The position numbers were made by a program, and so were the translations under genes. DNA of 64,000 bases, from assembly GCA_964016885.1 (NCBI GenBank), contig OZ024756.1, positions 24,056,001 through 24,120,000 of the forward strand, written 5' to 3'. The notes under the pieces were generated by a model. It had not been told where the DNA came from. It saw only the letters and a list, made by a program, of their open reading frames with translations, and made no database searches. The first letter of the stretch is position 1. Each line of letters begins with the position of its first letter. The DNA comes from Eledone cirrhosa (Eukaryota). Positions 15,563 to 30,015 of the stretch are shown here, piece by piece.

Positions 15563-16290
15563 GTATATATATATATATACTTATATATATACATACATAC
15601 CTATATTCATATATGTTGTGTCTGTGTATGTATATACACGGGAGGAAAAACGGTGCAGATGCTTCAAGAGAATTCCTTACTTTTTTTTATTGGGGATGGT
15701 GGTTATTTTTTATTTATTTTTTATTTTTTATTTTTTATTTTTTATTTTTTATTTTTTATTTTTTATTTTTTATTTTTTATTATTTTTTATTTTTTGTTCT
15801 TTTGTGTTGCTTATTAAAGTTCTTTTACTGACAGCTTTGAAGTTAACGAAGGGAGGACAAAAATGTTAGAAATATCTTGAATATGGCACCTGCTTCTCAT
15901 TATTATATCTTTGGTGGTTGGGACTATAAATAAATAAATAATTTAAAAAAAAAAAATCTTAGTAAATGCTAAGTCATTTTTTTTTTTAAAAGTACATGAA
16001 CAAATTTATTTTGAAAAAAATATATAACGATGTAAAGTTTTTCCTTTCCTTTACGTTAAACAAGCGAAAGTAAAAAATATGTGAAAATAATTATTTAAAA
16101 AAAAAATTAAAATAAATAACAAAATGAATTTCAGAACTAGATAAATTTTTAAAAAGTACAAAAAACGAATACATTTAAAAATAAATGAAAAGCAAGCATT
16201 ATTTTGTGTGTGGGAGGACGGGGGAATAATTCTGTCAATTGTGATAAAAGAGTGAAGTTACTGTTTTTTTTTGTTTTTTTTTATTATTGT

Positions 16291-16785
16291 TTTAGTCATT
16301 AGACTGTAGCCATGCTGGGGCACTGCGTTCTTTTACTGGTTTCAGTCATTAGACTGTGGCCATGCTGGGGCACTGCGTTCTTTTACTGGTTTCAGTCATT
16401 AGACTGTAGCCATGCTGGGGCACTGCGTTCTTTTACTGGTTTCAGTCATTAGACTGTGGCCATGCTGGGGTACTGCGTTCTTTTACTGGTTTCAGTCATT
16501 AGACTGTGGCCATGCTGGGGCACTTCCTTCTTTTACTGGTTTCAGTCATTAGACTGTGGCCATGCTGGGGCACTTCCTTCTTTTACTAGTTTCAGTCATT
16601 AGACTGTGGCCATTCTGGGGCACTGCGTTCTTTTACTGGTTTCAGTCATTAGACTGTGGCCATTCTGGGGCACTGCGTTCTTTTACTGGTTTCAGTCACT
16701 AGACTGTGGCCATTCTGGGGCACTGCGTTCTTTTACTGGTTTCAGTCATTTGACTGTGGCCATGCTGAGGCACTTACTTCTTTTA
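16291..16785. repeat. 50-bp minisatellite, about 10 units (TTTTACTGGTTTCAGTCATTAGACTGTGGCCATGCTGGGGCACTGCGTTC)
   Basis: Exact 50-nt periodicity with no unique spacers. Confidence 0.9.
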
Positions 16786-16795
16786 GAGACACGCA

Positions 16796-16891
<96 letters not shown>

Positions 16892-16892
16892 C

Positions 16893-17060
16893 AACGGATT
16901 ACTACTCGCCTTCCGTTTACTAAATTTCACACGTAAGACATTGATCAACCTGAGTCTTTGGTAGAGACACTTGTACAAGGTGTCCCACAGTTGGAGGGAA
17001 CCCGAAACCATGTCGTTGAAGAGCGAACTCCTTAACCTCACAGCTTTCGCCTTCGCCTGG
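16893..17060 (-). mobile_element. Second tRNA-derived SINE family, head and central region (another copy 30495-30645 -)
   Basis: Minus strand AGGCGAAGGCGAAAGCTGTGAGGTTAAGGAGTTCGC...GGTTTCGGGTTCCCTCC...CACCTTGTACAAGTGTCTCTAC. tRNA-like head plus a CORE-like segment. Confidence 0.65.
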
Positions 17061-17268
17061 AACAAATATATTTTAAAACACAAGAGTGTATGAATGAAAA
17101 CCAACACCGCGTGACTGAAACTGGAAATACTAGTAAACCGTGACTAGAATAAAAATATGTATATATACATATACATGTATATATGTAAGTATACAATCAT
17201 ACACACACACATATATATACATACACACACACACACACACATATATATACACACACACGCACACACAT

Positions 17269-17355
<87 letters not shown>

Positions 17356-17368
17356 TGCACGCACCCAA

Positions 17369-17409
<41 letters not shown>

Positions 17410-17511
17410 GGCTTAAAAATGGAATGAGAATAAGAAGAAAGCAAGAACGGGAGTGAGGAGAGGCGGATTTTTCCTCATCAGTTGTCATATATATATATAT
17501 TATTCTTTATC

Positions 17512-18212
17512 ATCGGACGCCATGCTTTGAAGCATAGAGTTATTTCCCTTTATGATCTGAGTTCAAATCCCGCCGAGGTTAACTTTGCCTTTCATCCTTA
17601 CAGGGTCGATAAAATAAAGTACCAGTAATACACTGGGATAATTGCTGGCCTTGTGCCAAAAGTAGAAACAATTATTCTTTATCATTAGCATTAAATCATT
17701 AATATAAATAATAATTGTTTCTACTTTAGGCACAAGGCCAGCAATTACCCAGTGCATTACTGGTACTTTATTTTATCGACCCCGTAAGGATGAAAGGCAA
17801 AGTCAACCTCGGCGGGATTTGAACTCAGATTGTAAAGGGACGTAACTATGCTGGAAAGCATGGCGTCCGACCCTAATCGTATATATTGGTATATATTTTT
17901 ATTTTATTTTTTTTACCCGAATTCTTTTAGAGAAGGACCTCAAATTTCATATAGTAGGTGAATGACCGGCCCTGCCCATATTAGGATTTTTTTTTTTTGT
18001 TCTAATGCTGTTGCCATCTTAATAATTGTTTCTACTATTGGCACAAGGCCAGCAATTACCCAGTACATTACTGGTACTTTATTTTATCGACCCCGTAAGG
18101 ATGAAAGGCAAAGTTAACCTTGGCGGGATTTGAACTCAGAATGGCAAGGGCCGTAACTCTATGCGTCAAAGCATGGCGTCCGATCCTCTACCGATACTGC
18201 CAATCCACCTCC
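17512..18212. mobile_element. Cluster of main-family SINEs: 17512-17675 (+), 17710-17875 (-), 18021-18212 (-)
   Basis: Consensus matches. The first two form a tail-to-tail inverted pair about 35 nt apart. Confidence 0.85.
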
Positions 18213-18967
18213 TTAATTTTGCCATCTTAATAATATGCATATGAAATGATGCATCATTACAAATGTTTAATTCCCAGCTCCCACACTGATTGTGATACAG
18301 AGATTGTAATGTCACTGGGTTCCGTATATTCTGGTTACAAAACCTCAGAGGATGATGGCAAAATATTTTTAAAATTTTTCAATATATAAAATTGCATCTT
18401 GTTTTCATCAGCTCACTTGTATATTGTGGTCTTTCTGAATAATTTTGACGTCATTGGGGGCGTTTGATTGCCTTTGGTGTTATCGTAAGATCGGCATTAG
18501 TTGTATGAGTAACTGTTTGCCTCATTAATTATATGTCTGAGAGAGCTATTTCAAAGAGTAATGGCTCACAGAAAATGTCCCTGAAGTACTTTACTCAAAA
18601 AATATTAAATCGTTTGAAAGTGCACCGCTAAGACTGCAACAGCTAAGCTTTTGTATCTTTGTATCTTTGCAACATCTTATCTCGTTTACCATCAATGTCG
18701 AGATTACTTAACTTACAACATAATATTCCATGATTAGCTTTTCACGGAAGGCCAGCACAAGGTCGAAACACATATTACATCAATTGTTGAAAATCTTGAG
18801 AGGCTGTTTTAATATCCCGCTGTAATGCCGTAGAAACGACCAGAGACCATTTCTACCGTTATAGAAACACTGATAATCGTTAATTCTTCTTTAAATTTGC
18901 ATAATTCCAAGAGATTTTTTAAAGAAATGTTCAGAGGGTTTGCCGACTTCCTTTGGTAATTACATCT

Positions 18968-19036
<69 letters not shown>

Positions 19037-19240
19037 CGTTTCTGAATTTGTTTAGCAAGATTCTTTATCTGAAATCGTGTGTTGAAACCGATATTGTTAT
19101 ACTTTGGGAGGGTCATGTTGCCAATAAGAAACACACGCACCAGTTGCTTTCACTTCAATTTATTATATATTTATAAATTTATAAATTTATAAATTTCTGG
19201 TTGGTTGGTTGGTTCCACAACCAGATAGTTGTTTATATAT

Positions 19241-19285
19241 AGTCATAGTTCTTTCGTCACACACTCTGTGACCTCTTCAGTGACT
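19241..19285 (-). ncRNA. Minimal type I hammerhead ribozyme motif (family A, best preserved)
   Basis: AGTCA-CTGAAGA-G-GTCACA gagtg TGTGAC-GAAA-G aa C-TA-TGACT. 5-bp stem I AGTCA/TGACT, triplet CUA. Confidence 0.78.
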
Positions 19286-19427
19286 GGGGATTCCTTTCTT
19301 TGTTTCTGTGCCTCTCCTTTGTTCTGTCCTACGCCATTTTGTTTCTTGAAGGTCTCGCAAGTGTTCATTGAAGTGAAAGCAACTGGTGCGTGTGTTTCTT
19401 ATTGGCAACATGACCCTCCCAAAGTAT

Positions 19428-19485
<58 letters not shown>

Positions 19486-19498
19486 GTGTATATATAGG

Positions 19499-19533
<35 letters not shown>

Positions 19534-19546
19534 GTATATATATATG

Positions 19547-19579
<33 letters not shown>

Positions 19580-19594
19580 GTATATATATATATG

Positions 19595-19645
<51 letters not shown>

Positions 19646-19692
19646 ATATATGTATATATATATATGTATATATATATGTATGTATATATATG

Positions 19693-19725
<33 letters not shown>

Positions 19726-19740
19726 GTATGTATATATATG

Positions 19741-19801
<61 letters not shown>

Positions 19802-19933
19802 GTATGTATATATATATATATGTATGTATATATATATATGTATGTATATATATGTATTTATATATATATATGTATGTATATATATATATATATATATGTA
19901 TGTATATATATATATATATGTGTATGTATATAT

Positions 19934-19973
<40 letters not shown>

Positions 19974-19996
19974 GTATATATATATATATATGTATG

Positions 19997-20059
<63 letters not shown>

Positions 20060-20066
20060 GTATGTA

Positions 20067-20101
<35 letters not shown>

Positions 20102-20108
20102 GTATGTA

Positions 20109-20143
<35 letters not shown>

Positions 20144-20150
20144 GTATGTA

Positions 20151-20183
<33 letters not shown>

Positions 20184-20190
20184 GTATGTA

Positions 20191-20241
<51 letters not shown>

Positions 20242-20248
20242 GTATGTA

Positions 20249-20280
<32 letters not shown>

Positions 20281-20300
20281 CATATATATATATATATGTA

Positions 20301-20337
<37 letters not shown>

Positions 20338-20381
20338 GTATGTATATATATATATATATATACATATATATATGTATATAT

Positions 20382-20519
<138 letters not shown>

Positions 20520-20710
20520 GGAAAATGATAAACTCCGACGGCAGAGCTCAAGCCGTTTCGACGGCTATTTCTGAGTCCAGAAATAGCAGTCGAAACGGCA
20601 CGTGCTCTGCCGTCGGGGTTTAACATTTTCCTATTACCCCCTCTACTACCCTAAGTATTGAGTACTCTAGTGCGTAATGGTCCATCTGGTTCCTTACCAC
20701 ACTTCCTTCG

Positions 20711-20766
<56 letters not shown>

Positions 20767-20932
20767 TTAATAATAATATTTATACTTAAATATGAGTTAT
20801 ATATAATTATAAATATGGAGGCTAGTACTAAGCACTAGCCAATTACCAGTAAGAGAAGAGGCTCAATGTAAATTATCAAATGTATCACAGAGCCGAGATA
20901 CAAAATATAAAACAATCAAAGTTTAGTTTAAT

Positions 20933-20979
20933 TGCTGACAATTGTTTCTTCCAGACAAATGTCTGGAATCATCGGAGCA
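20933..20979 (-). ncRNA. Type I hammerhead motif, U4C core variant, in TA-embedded element 20763-21180
   Basis: TGCT-CCGATGA-TTCCAGAC attt GTCTGGAA-GAAA-CAATTG-TC-AGCA. 8-bp stem II, palindromic stem III, GUC triplet. Confidence 0.7.
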
Positions 20980-21175
20980 TACACAATGTTTAAACAAGTA
21001 ATTATAATCCTAGTCTTCAGAACATTGATAAAGATATATAACTATTGACAGTGTCAGTGACATCATATTGAAAAGCAGGAGTTACAAAAAGATATTATGT
21101 TACAGATATCACAGTATAAGGAGTAATGGTGAAAAGTGAAATATTGAGCATATTATATATAAAGATATTCTTTTT

Positions 21176-21220
<45 letters not shown>

Positions 21221-21421
21221 AACCAGTAAGACCCCGACAGCTGAGCTCAAGCCGTTTCGACGGCTAATTCTGGACTAAAATTTTAGTCCAGAATTAGCCG
21301 TCGAAACGGCTTGAGCTCAGCTGTCGGGGTCTTACTGGTTCCTATTACCCACTCTACTACCTCAAGTATTGAGTACTTTGGTGCGTTATGGTCCACCTGG
21401 TTCCTTACCACATTTCCTTCG

Positions 21422-21515
<94 letters not shown>

Positions 21516-21852
21516 ATATATAAACATATATATATATAAACATATATAAACATATATATATATAAACATATATAAACATATATATATACACATATATATA
21601 TAAATATATATATACAACTATATATAATTATATATATATATAAATATATATATATTTTATATATATATATATATATATATTTTATATATATATATATATA
21701 TTTTATATATATATATATATATATAAACATATTGTTATACTTTGTGAGGGCCATGTTGCCAATAAGAAATACATGCATCTTCTACGCCAAGATGGCGTAG
21801 GACAGAACAAAGAAGAGGCACAAAAACAAAGAAAAGAATCCCCAGAATCCCC

Positions 21853-21897
21853 AGTCACTGAAGAGGTCACAGAATGTGTGACGAAAGAACTTTGACA
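21853..21897 (+). ncRNA. Minimal type I hammerhead ribozyme motif (family A)
   Basis: Same motif as 10317-10361. Confidence 0.7.
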
Positions 21898-22190
21898 ATA
21901 TATGAACAATCGTCTGGTTGTGGAACCAACCAACCAACCGGAAATTTATAAATTCCTAAATTTATAAATTTAATTTATAATAAATTGAAGTGAAACAACT
22001 GGTGCGTGTGTTTCTTATTGGCAACATGACCCTCTCAAAGTATAACAAGATCGGTTTCAACACACGTTTTTAGATAAAGAATCTTGCTAAACAAATTCAG
22101 AAACGAAATATATATACATATATAAACATATATATATATATATATATAAACATATATATATATAATCATATATATATATATATATATATA

Positions 22191-22268
<78 letters not shown>

Positions 22269-22293
22269 ATCATATATATATATATATATAAAC

Positions 22294-22324
<31 letters not shown>

Positions 22325-22480
22325 ATCATATATATATATGTATATAAACATATATATATAAACATATATATAAACAAATAAATATATAAACAAACAAATA
22401 AATAAATAAATAAATAAATATATATACAGACTAAATAAAGATGGCGTAGACAAACAATGTAACGGGAGGAAACAATAGCA

Positions 22481-22520
22481 CCACTGACGATGTTGCAGAT
22501 GTGCAACGAAAGAACTTTGA
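22481..22520 (+). ncRNA. Hammerhead motif in the diverged family A relative
   Basis: CTGACGA-T-GTTGCA gatg TGCAAC-GAAA-GAAC-TT. Stem II covaries with family A, but stem I is weak. Confidence 0.55.
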
Positions 22521-22784
22521 TAAACTATATATATGTGTTTGTGTCTATATCGTATCTGTATTATTTTTGACCGTTGGTCAGTCAATGGCAGCATTAAAGA
22601 CCGAATAAATTAGATTAGCGATATAAAAGATTCAGAAGCGAAAAGCGAAAACCAACCAAACAGTGAGTGTGTTCTGTTATTAATTCTGGCAATATTACAC
22701 AAATATGACCCTCCCCAAGTATAACAATATTTGTTTCGACACACCATTTCAGATAAAAAACGTCGCAAAACTAATTCATCGCCG

Positions 22785-22876
<92 letters not shown>

Positions 22877-22969
22877 GAAGGCGGAGGGAAGGGTGATAAT
22901 AAAATCTGAAAGTAGGTTTCATGTTTTCAGACTGATATAAACATCTAAAGTAAATCATGTAAGAAGACT

Positions 22970-23150
22970 AATAATTGTTTCTACTTTAGGCACAAGGCCA
23001 GCAATTACCCAGTGCATTACTGGTACTTTATTTTATCGACCCCGTAAGGATGAAAGGCAAAGTCAACCTCGGCGGGATTTGAACTCAGATCGTAAAGGGG
23101 CGTAACTATGCTGGAAAGCATGGCGTCCGACCCTCTACCGATACTGCCAA
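22970..23150 (-). mobile_element. Main-family SINE
   Basis: Consensus match. Confidence 0.85.
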
Positions 23151-23356
23151 TAATAATAACTGGTTGTTGTTAATAACACGTGTTGTTGCTGCTGTTGTTG
23201 TTGTTTTGTCCGGCGGAGTGGGAGGGGGTGTAGGTTTACCTTTCTTTTTATTATCATCATTAATATTGTTGCTGGTGTTATTATCGTTGTGTTGCTGATG
23301 TTTTAATTTTTGAAGAAAAAAATGTGGCGTTATGTCTGCAACCAAAGAAACAAATA

Positions 23357-23398
<42 letters not shown>

Positions 23399-23417
23399 CA
23401 TACACTCACACACACTC

Positions 23418-23454
<37 letters not shown>

Positions 23455-23622
23455 TAAATATATATATATATGTATATTAATATATATAAATATATATAAA
23501 TATGTCAATATATATATATATGTATATTAATATATATAAATATGTCAATATATATATATATTTATATATATAAATATATATATATATATACATGCATACA
23601 CACCACACACATATGTATATAT

Positions 23623-23681
<59 letters not shown>

Positions 23682-23819
23682 CATATATATGTGTATATAT
23701 ATATACATATACACGTATATATATATACATATATATATATACATACATATACACGTATATATATATACATATATATACATACATATACACGTATATATAT
23801 ATACATATTGTGTGTGTAC

Positions 23820-23850
<31 letters not shown>

Positions 23851-23961
23851 CATGTATATGTGCACACACACACGTGTGTGTGTATGCAAGACTAACTAAC
23901 AGCCTGCTTTCTCCATTTCTCCTTGTTTTCTTCTTATTCTCTCGTCTGTCATATATGTATG

Positions 23962-24076
<115 letters not shown>

Positions 24077-24105
24077 TTATTTATATATATATATATATAT
24101 ATACA

Positions 24106-24181
<76 letters not shown>

Positions 24182-24250
24182 AACTTTTATACTCTGCTAT
24201 GTATTGAGTACCTAACTTACTGTGGTTACCTCCGATTCAACCCGGAATAA

Positions 24251-24309
<59 letters not shown>

Positions 24310-24713
24310 AATGTAGGGAAATGACACACGAGTTGATATACATAAAAAAATAGTAAAAAAAGAAAAAAAACAGTAAAAAATGCTAAAAGGTTTTTCTCTC
24401 AGAATAATATCAATACATTTATTTACATAATAGGAATTTTCGCATTTAATTGTACCGGTTTCAGCTTGTACGCTTTTTCAAAGACGGAAGTGTATAATGC
24501 AATTAAACTGCATATTAATAAGGATAATAACAATATGGGGGTGGGGGGTTACATACATATTTAGGGAGAAAAGTTCACATTTTTGTCTGTAGTTTTCTTT
24601 CCTCCTCTCTTAGTGTTGACCTTAGCCTTACCAATAGTGGTGGTAGCAGTTTAAGCTGTTGGCTTATATATATATGTGTGTGTTTGTGTGTGTGTGGGGG
24701 TGGGTGTGCGTGT

Positions 24714-24753
<40 letters not shown>

Positions 24754-24766
24754 GTGTGTGTGTATT

Positions 24767-24804
24767 ATCCTCTGGTGACGGACTAGTGTCCGAAACGTTA
24801 AGAC
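24767..24804 (+). ncRNA. Degenerate hammerhead motif (A6G)
   Basis: CTGGTGA-C-GGAC tagt GTCC-GAAA-CG-TT-AAGA in a ~115-bp island between (TG)n and (TA)n. Confidence 0.5.
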
Positions 24805-24875
24805 TCTTTTCCCACTATATCAAGCGTTAAACTAATATATTTCTTCATTGTGCTGTGTCGTTTGCTTTATTCTTT

Positions 24876-24945
<70 letters not shown>

Positions 24946-24947
<2 letters not shown>

Positions 24948-25190
24948 TGTTTAGACACTACCTGTCTTTTTTAAGCTTCATATCATGTCTCCCTATTTTA
25001 TCTGATGAGAACGCAAATATCGTCCCTGGATCATATTTGTTTTTGAAATGCGCATAATAAAATACATGGAACTTTTCTAACCATCTTTTAATTTCTTCTT
25101 ATATATACTGCAGTCCAATAAACTGTTGAGTGCTACTTATCCGATATTTACATTGCTTTATTGTGCTACAATAAAACTCACCTCCTACAT
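24946..25190 (+). mobile_element. Microsatellite-embedded hammerhead-bearing element, family E (copies 35058-35304, 56355-56722)
   Basis: Shared CTTCATATCATGT..CC..TTTTATCTGATGA...GAAATGCGCATAATAAAATACATGGAAC...CATTGCTTTATTGT.CTACAATAAAACTCACCTCCTACA. Confidence 0.8.
24994..25064 (+). ncRNA. Type I hammerhead ribozyme motif (family E)
   Basis: TATTTTAT-CTGATGA-[stem II CAAATAT/ATATTTG]-GAAA-TGCGCA-TA-ATAAAATA. 8-bp stem I, palindromic stem III, AUA triplet. Confidence 0.75.
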
Positions 25191-26109
25191 ATATATATAT
25201 AAATACATATATATCTTTCTATGAATGTATGTGTGTGTGATGTACACCAATGCATTTATCTCAGCCTTCTATTCCAACCGTCTGGTCTATAAACAAACAC
25301 ACAAACAAATACACAAATAAATATGTGAACAGCCGAAGAACAAAGAGCATGTGATAGTGGGTGGTGGACCATCACAACTAAAATAGAAACAACAGTAAAT
25401 TATAAGTCATTGTAGTTACTGTTAAAGTAATTTATTCATATGTAAGCAAATTTTAAACCAGATCTCAAGGGATTTCTCGAAATAAAACATATTTTTCAAT
25501 GACTAACTAAAATTTAGTTCTCGTTCATACGATAATGTATATTAAAATTTACCAAATTTTAAAAGATGTAAAAGGGTTTTAGAAAATCTGTATTTTGATG
25601 TGTGTCATAACCCTGCGTTTTTTCTTTGGGGTGGAGGGGATTGATGGAACTTTAAATGGCAAATAGTTTGTTTTTTTATGTCTGCTTTTCTAATAAAATA
25701 CTGTTCTTCTTCTTGGGAGAATCGTGGGTGCAGAGTCCTCAAACATTCCTTTCAGCAAGTTCTGTCAGAAGCAACAGTCTTCAATTGATCCGGCTAGATC
25801 CCCAAGCGAGTCAACCCGAGCTCAGGGATGCTATCCCAATATCTTGCTCAGAGTCTACTTCTGGGCCTCGTTCATGATTGTTTTGCCCGTATAATCTGTC
25901 CAGCGATTTTGATGTTGAAAGGAGTAGTTTTGAGCGTGTTGGTATTAAATGGGTTTAAATCAATGGCATTTTTCAGTCCCAACGTGGAATAAATACAATA
26001 ACGTTCAACCATCTTGGTTTTTCCTAAAGATAACTAAACGAGATTTAGATTGTCTATGTCCTATGGTGGTTGAAGTGTGAAACCTTAGGTAGCATGCATT
26101 TGTGTTGAG

Positions 26110-26180
<71 letters not shown>

Positions 26181-26411
26181 ACATATATATATATATAGGG
26201 AGAGAGAGAGAGAGAGAGAGAGGGGGGAGAGAGAGAGAGAGAGAGAGATAACGCTAAAGACTTATATGAGGAGTGATGAAGTTAGGTTGACAGGAGATAC
26301 GAAGATATTTGAATCAAATTGCGAGTGACGTGGGAAATGATGGCTTCAGCTGTATTATTGCGTTATATTGGGGGTTTAAGTCTTTTGTTTAGCGCGGGTG
26401 CGGAAGGGGCA

Positions 26412-26448
<37 letters not shown>

Positions 26449-26542
26449 TAGATATGTATATAGATATGTGTATATATATATATATAGTAATAATATACAA
26501 TATATAAATAATATATATATAAATATATATAGAATATATATA

Positions 26543-27680
26543 TTTGCTATCATTACTATATATATATTGCTATCATTACTATAAATAGATTGCTATCATT
26601 ACTATACATATATATTGCTATCATTACTATATATATATTGCTATCATTACTATAAATAGATTGCTATCATTACTATACATATATATTGCTATCATTACTA
26701 TATATATATTGCTATCATTACTATATTGCTATCATTACTATAAATATATTGCTATCATTACTATATATATATATTGCTATCATTACTATACATATATTGC
26801 TATCATTACTATAAGTATATTGCTATCATTACTATACATATATATTGCTATCATTACTATACATATATTGCTATCATTACTATAAATATATTGCTATCAT
26901 TACTATATATATATTGCTATCATTACTATATATATATTGCTATCATTACTATACATATATATTGCTATCATTACTATAAATATATTGCTATCATTACTAT
27001 ATATATATTGCTATCATTACTATATATATATATATTGCTATCCTTACTATATATAGATATTGCTATCATTACTATATATATATATTGCTATCATTACTAT
27101 ATATATATATATTGCTATCCTTACTATATATAGATATTGCTATCATTACTATATATATTGCTATCATTACTATAAATATATTGCTATCATTACTATAAAT
27201 ATATTGCTATCATTACTATATATATATTGCTATCATTACTATAAATATATTGCTATCATTACTATACATATATATTGCTATCATTACTATACATATATTG
27301 CTATCATTACTATAAATATATTGACCATTACTATAAATATATTGATCATTACTATAAATATATTGCTATCATTACTATAAATATATTGATCATTACTATA
27401 AATATATTGCTATCATTACTATAAATATATTGATCATTACTATAAATATATTGATCATTACTATAAATATATTGCTATCATTACTATAAATATATTGATC
27501 ATTACTATATATATATTGCTATCATTACTATAAATATATTGATCATTACTATATATATATTGCTATCATTACTATAAATATATTGCTATCATTACTATAA
27601 ATATATTGCTATCATTACTATATATATATTGCTATCATTACTATAAATATATTGCTATCATTACTATCAATATATTGCTT
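26543..27680. repeat. ~23-30-bp minisatellite (TATTGCTATCATTACTA + variable TA linker), about 45 units
   Basis: Direct reading. Confidence 0.9.
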
Positions 27681-27702
27681 TCAGTGTGTGTGTGTTTCTA
27701 GT

Positions 27703-27740
<38 letters not shown>

Positions 27741-27859
27741 TATATATATATATATATATATATATACTATATATATATATATATATACATGTGTGTGTGT
27801 GTGTGTGTTTCTAATGGTGAAAATGTCTCTTCCATGATGTAAGTTTTACTATTTTCGTG

Positions 27860-28643
27860 GGGTTGTGGAGTAGCAGTAATCGGTAGAGCGTCGGACAATA
27901 TATTCTTTGCAGCATAGAGTTACGCCCCTTTACGTTCTCATTTCAAATCCCGCCGAGGTTAACTCAACTTTTCATCCTTACGTGGACGATAAAATAACGT
28001 ACCAGTAACGCACTGGCGTCGATTTAACTGATTCCCCCTTCCACCATACTAGAAATTGCTGGTCTTGTTCCTAAATCATAAACCATTATATATTTCCATT
28101 AAATAATAGATGGCGGTGGATTGGCAGTATCGGTAGAGGGTCGGACGCCATGCTTTCCAGCATAGTTACGTCCCTTTACGATCTGAGTTCACATCCCGCC
28201 GAGGTTGACTTTGCCTTTCATCCTTACGGGGCCGATAAAATAAAGTATCAGTAATGCACTGGGTAATTGCTGGCCTTGTGCCAAAAGTAGAAACAATTAA
28301 ATAATAGTTTATTTGGGATTATTTCCTGTTTGTATCATTTAAAATTTTCTGCTGGATAAGTTACCCTCTTCTTGGTTTAACACCGTTTTTATGATCTGCC
28401 TTCTTCCTGTCGTACTTATCTTCAGACTTAGTGATACAATCTAACTGTGGCAGTTTTATAAGTTGATTCTAGTTACCATCAGAAAAATACTGCGTATCTC
28501 TCCCTAATGTCTTACAATAAGACAGGTCGCTTGTCATTTCCTTCAGGAAGATGGCGAGTGTGGCATAGCAAGTGTAGGAGAGAGGATGGGAAGAAGAGGA
28601 TGTGTGGTTGATAGTTTGTTAAGATAGGTGTCTCTGCTGCTGC

Positions 28644-28715
<72 letters not shown>

Positions 28716-29190
28716 AGGGATGGGGGTTCAAACACGTGATTGCAGTTGTTCTTTAATTAAACATAATTGTTTCTACTTTTTTTTGGCACAAGGCCAGCAA
28801 TTACCAGTACATTACTGGTACTTTATTTTATCGACCCCGTAAGGATGAAAGGCAAAGTGAACCTCGGCGGGATTTGAACTCAGACCGTAAAGGGACGTAA
28901 CTATGCTGGAAAGCATGGCGTCCGACTCTCTACCGATACTGCCAATCCACCGCCCTCTTTAATTAAACATAATGGTTTCTGTTTTAGGCATAATGGTTTC
29001 TGTTGGGGGGAGAGGAAAGTCGATTATATCGACACCAGTACGTTACTGGTACTTTATTTTACCGACCCCATAAGGATGCGTTATTGGTACTTTATTTTAT
29101 AGACCCCGAAAGGATGAAAGGCATGATTTGAACTCAGAACGCAAAGGGACGTAACTCTATGCTACAAAGCATGTTGTCTGACGCTTCTTT
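27860..29190. mobile_element. SINE cluster: 27860-28090 (+, older), 28111-28300 (+, full length), 28764-28955 (-, full length), 28990-29190 (-, older)
   Basis: Full head GGCGGTGGATTGGCAGTATCGGTAGAGGG at 28112 and its reverse complement ending near 28954. Confidence 0.85.
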
Positions 29191-29732
29191 GCGAATAGTA
29201 GATAGTATCAGCAATGGAAAGACCATTGTAAGCATAGACTCCTTTGCAAAGGGTAGATAGGACCAATAATAGAAAGACCGTTATAAACATAGCTTCTTTT
29301 GTGAAAGGTAGATAGTACCAACGATGGAAAGACAGTTATAAACATAGAGTCCTTTGCGAATGATACCAACAAGGAAAGACCATTGTAAGCATAGACTCCT
29401 TTGCAAAGGGCAGATAGTACTAGCAATGGAAAGATTGTTATAAACATAGCTTCCTGTGCGAAGGGTAGATAGTATCAACAATGGAAAGACCTTTGTAAAC
29501 ATAGACTCCTTTGCGAAGGGTAGATAGTACTAGCAATGGAAAGACCATTGTAAGCTTAAACTCCTGTGCGAAGAGTAGATAGTATCAGCAATGGAAAGAT
29601 TGTTATAAACTTAGACTCCTTTGCAAAGGGTAGATAGTATCAGCAATGGAAAAACCATTGTAAACATAGCCTCATATTGCAAAGGGTAGATAGTATCAGC
29701 AATGGAAAGACCATTGTAAGCTTAGACTCATT
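29190..29732. repeat. ~59-bp minisatellite, about 9 units (GCAAAGGGTAGATAGTATCAGCAATGGAAAGACCATTGTAAACATAGACTCCTTT)
   Basis: Periodic recurrence of AATGGAAAGA and GTAGATAG. Confidence 0.85.
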
Positions 29733-29907
29733 TGTCCGATCTGACAATCAATTCCTTTCATTTCCATTTAGATGCCATGGTTTTTCCCCCTCCTGTTGTT
29801 CCCGTTCAGCAGCTAACTTACAGTTAAAAGTGTGTTAAATGTTTCATGTAAAAATTAACATGTGTTTAATAAGGAGTGTTACATAAAACATTACAACTAT
29901 ATTTCAG

Positions 29908-30015
29908 CCAAAATGGACACAGATCGAACCCGCCGAAGTCACGTGAACGGACATAAACGGAAGCGGAAGAAGAGACCAAACAAAAGGCGAAAACGCCGGA
30001 AGAGAATGAGAGCAA
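29908..30015 (+). CDS. Internal coding exon, first half of a basic C-terminal tail (AKMDTDRTRRSHVNGHKRKRKKRPNKRRKRRKRMRA)
   Basis: Acceptor atttcag ending at 29907, donor gtaaga at 30016. 108 nt, phase 1-1, in frame with the previous exon (G+CC = Ala). Mixed Arg/Lys codons, so not a simple repeat. Confidence 0.75.

Noticed and set aside
16291-16785. CRISPR-like array
   Set aside because: Head-to-tail 50-bp units with no unique spacers, no cas genes and a eukaryotic context.
17425-17487. CTGATGA-containing repeat (also 40545-40593; unrelated one near 44750)
   Set aside because: No GAAA half follows, so it is not counted as a ribozyme, although the first two are copies of one repeat.
26543-27680. 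Repeat-spacer array
   Set aside because: The linkers are only variable TA runs, so this is an ordinary minisatellite.
28111-28300. tRNA genes suggested by A/B boxes
   Set aside because: The boxes belong to multi-copy SINE heads and no cloverleaf is evident.
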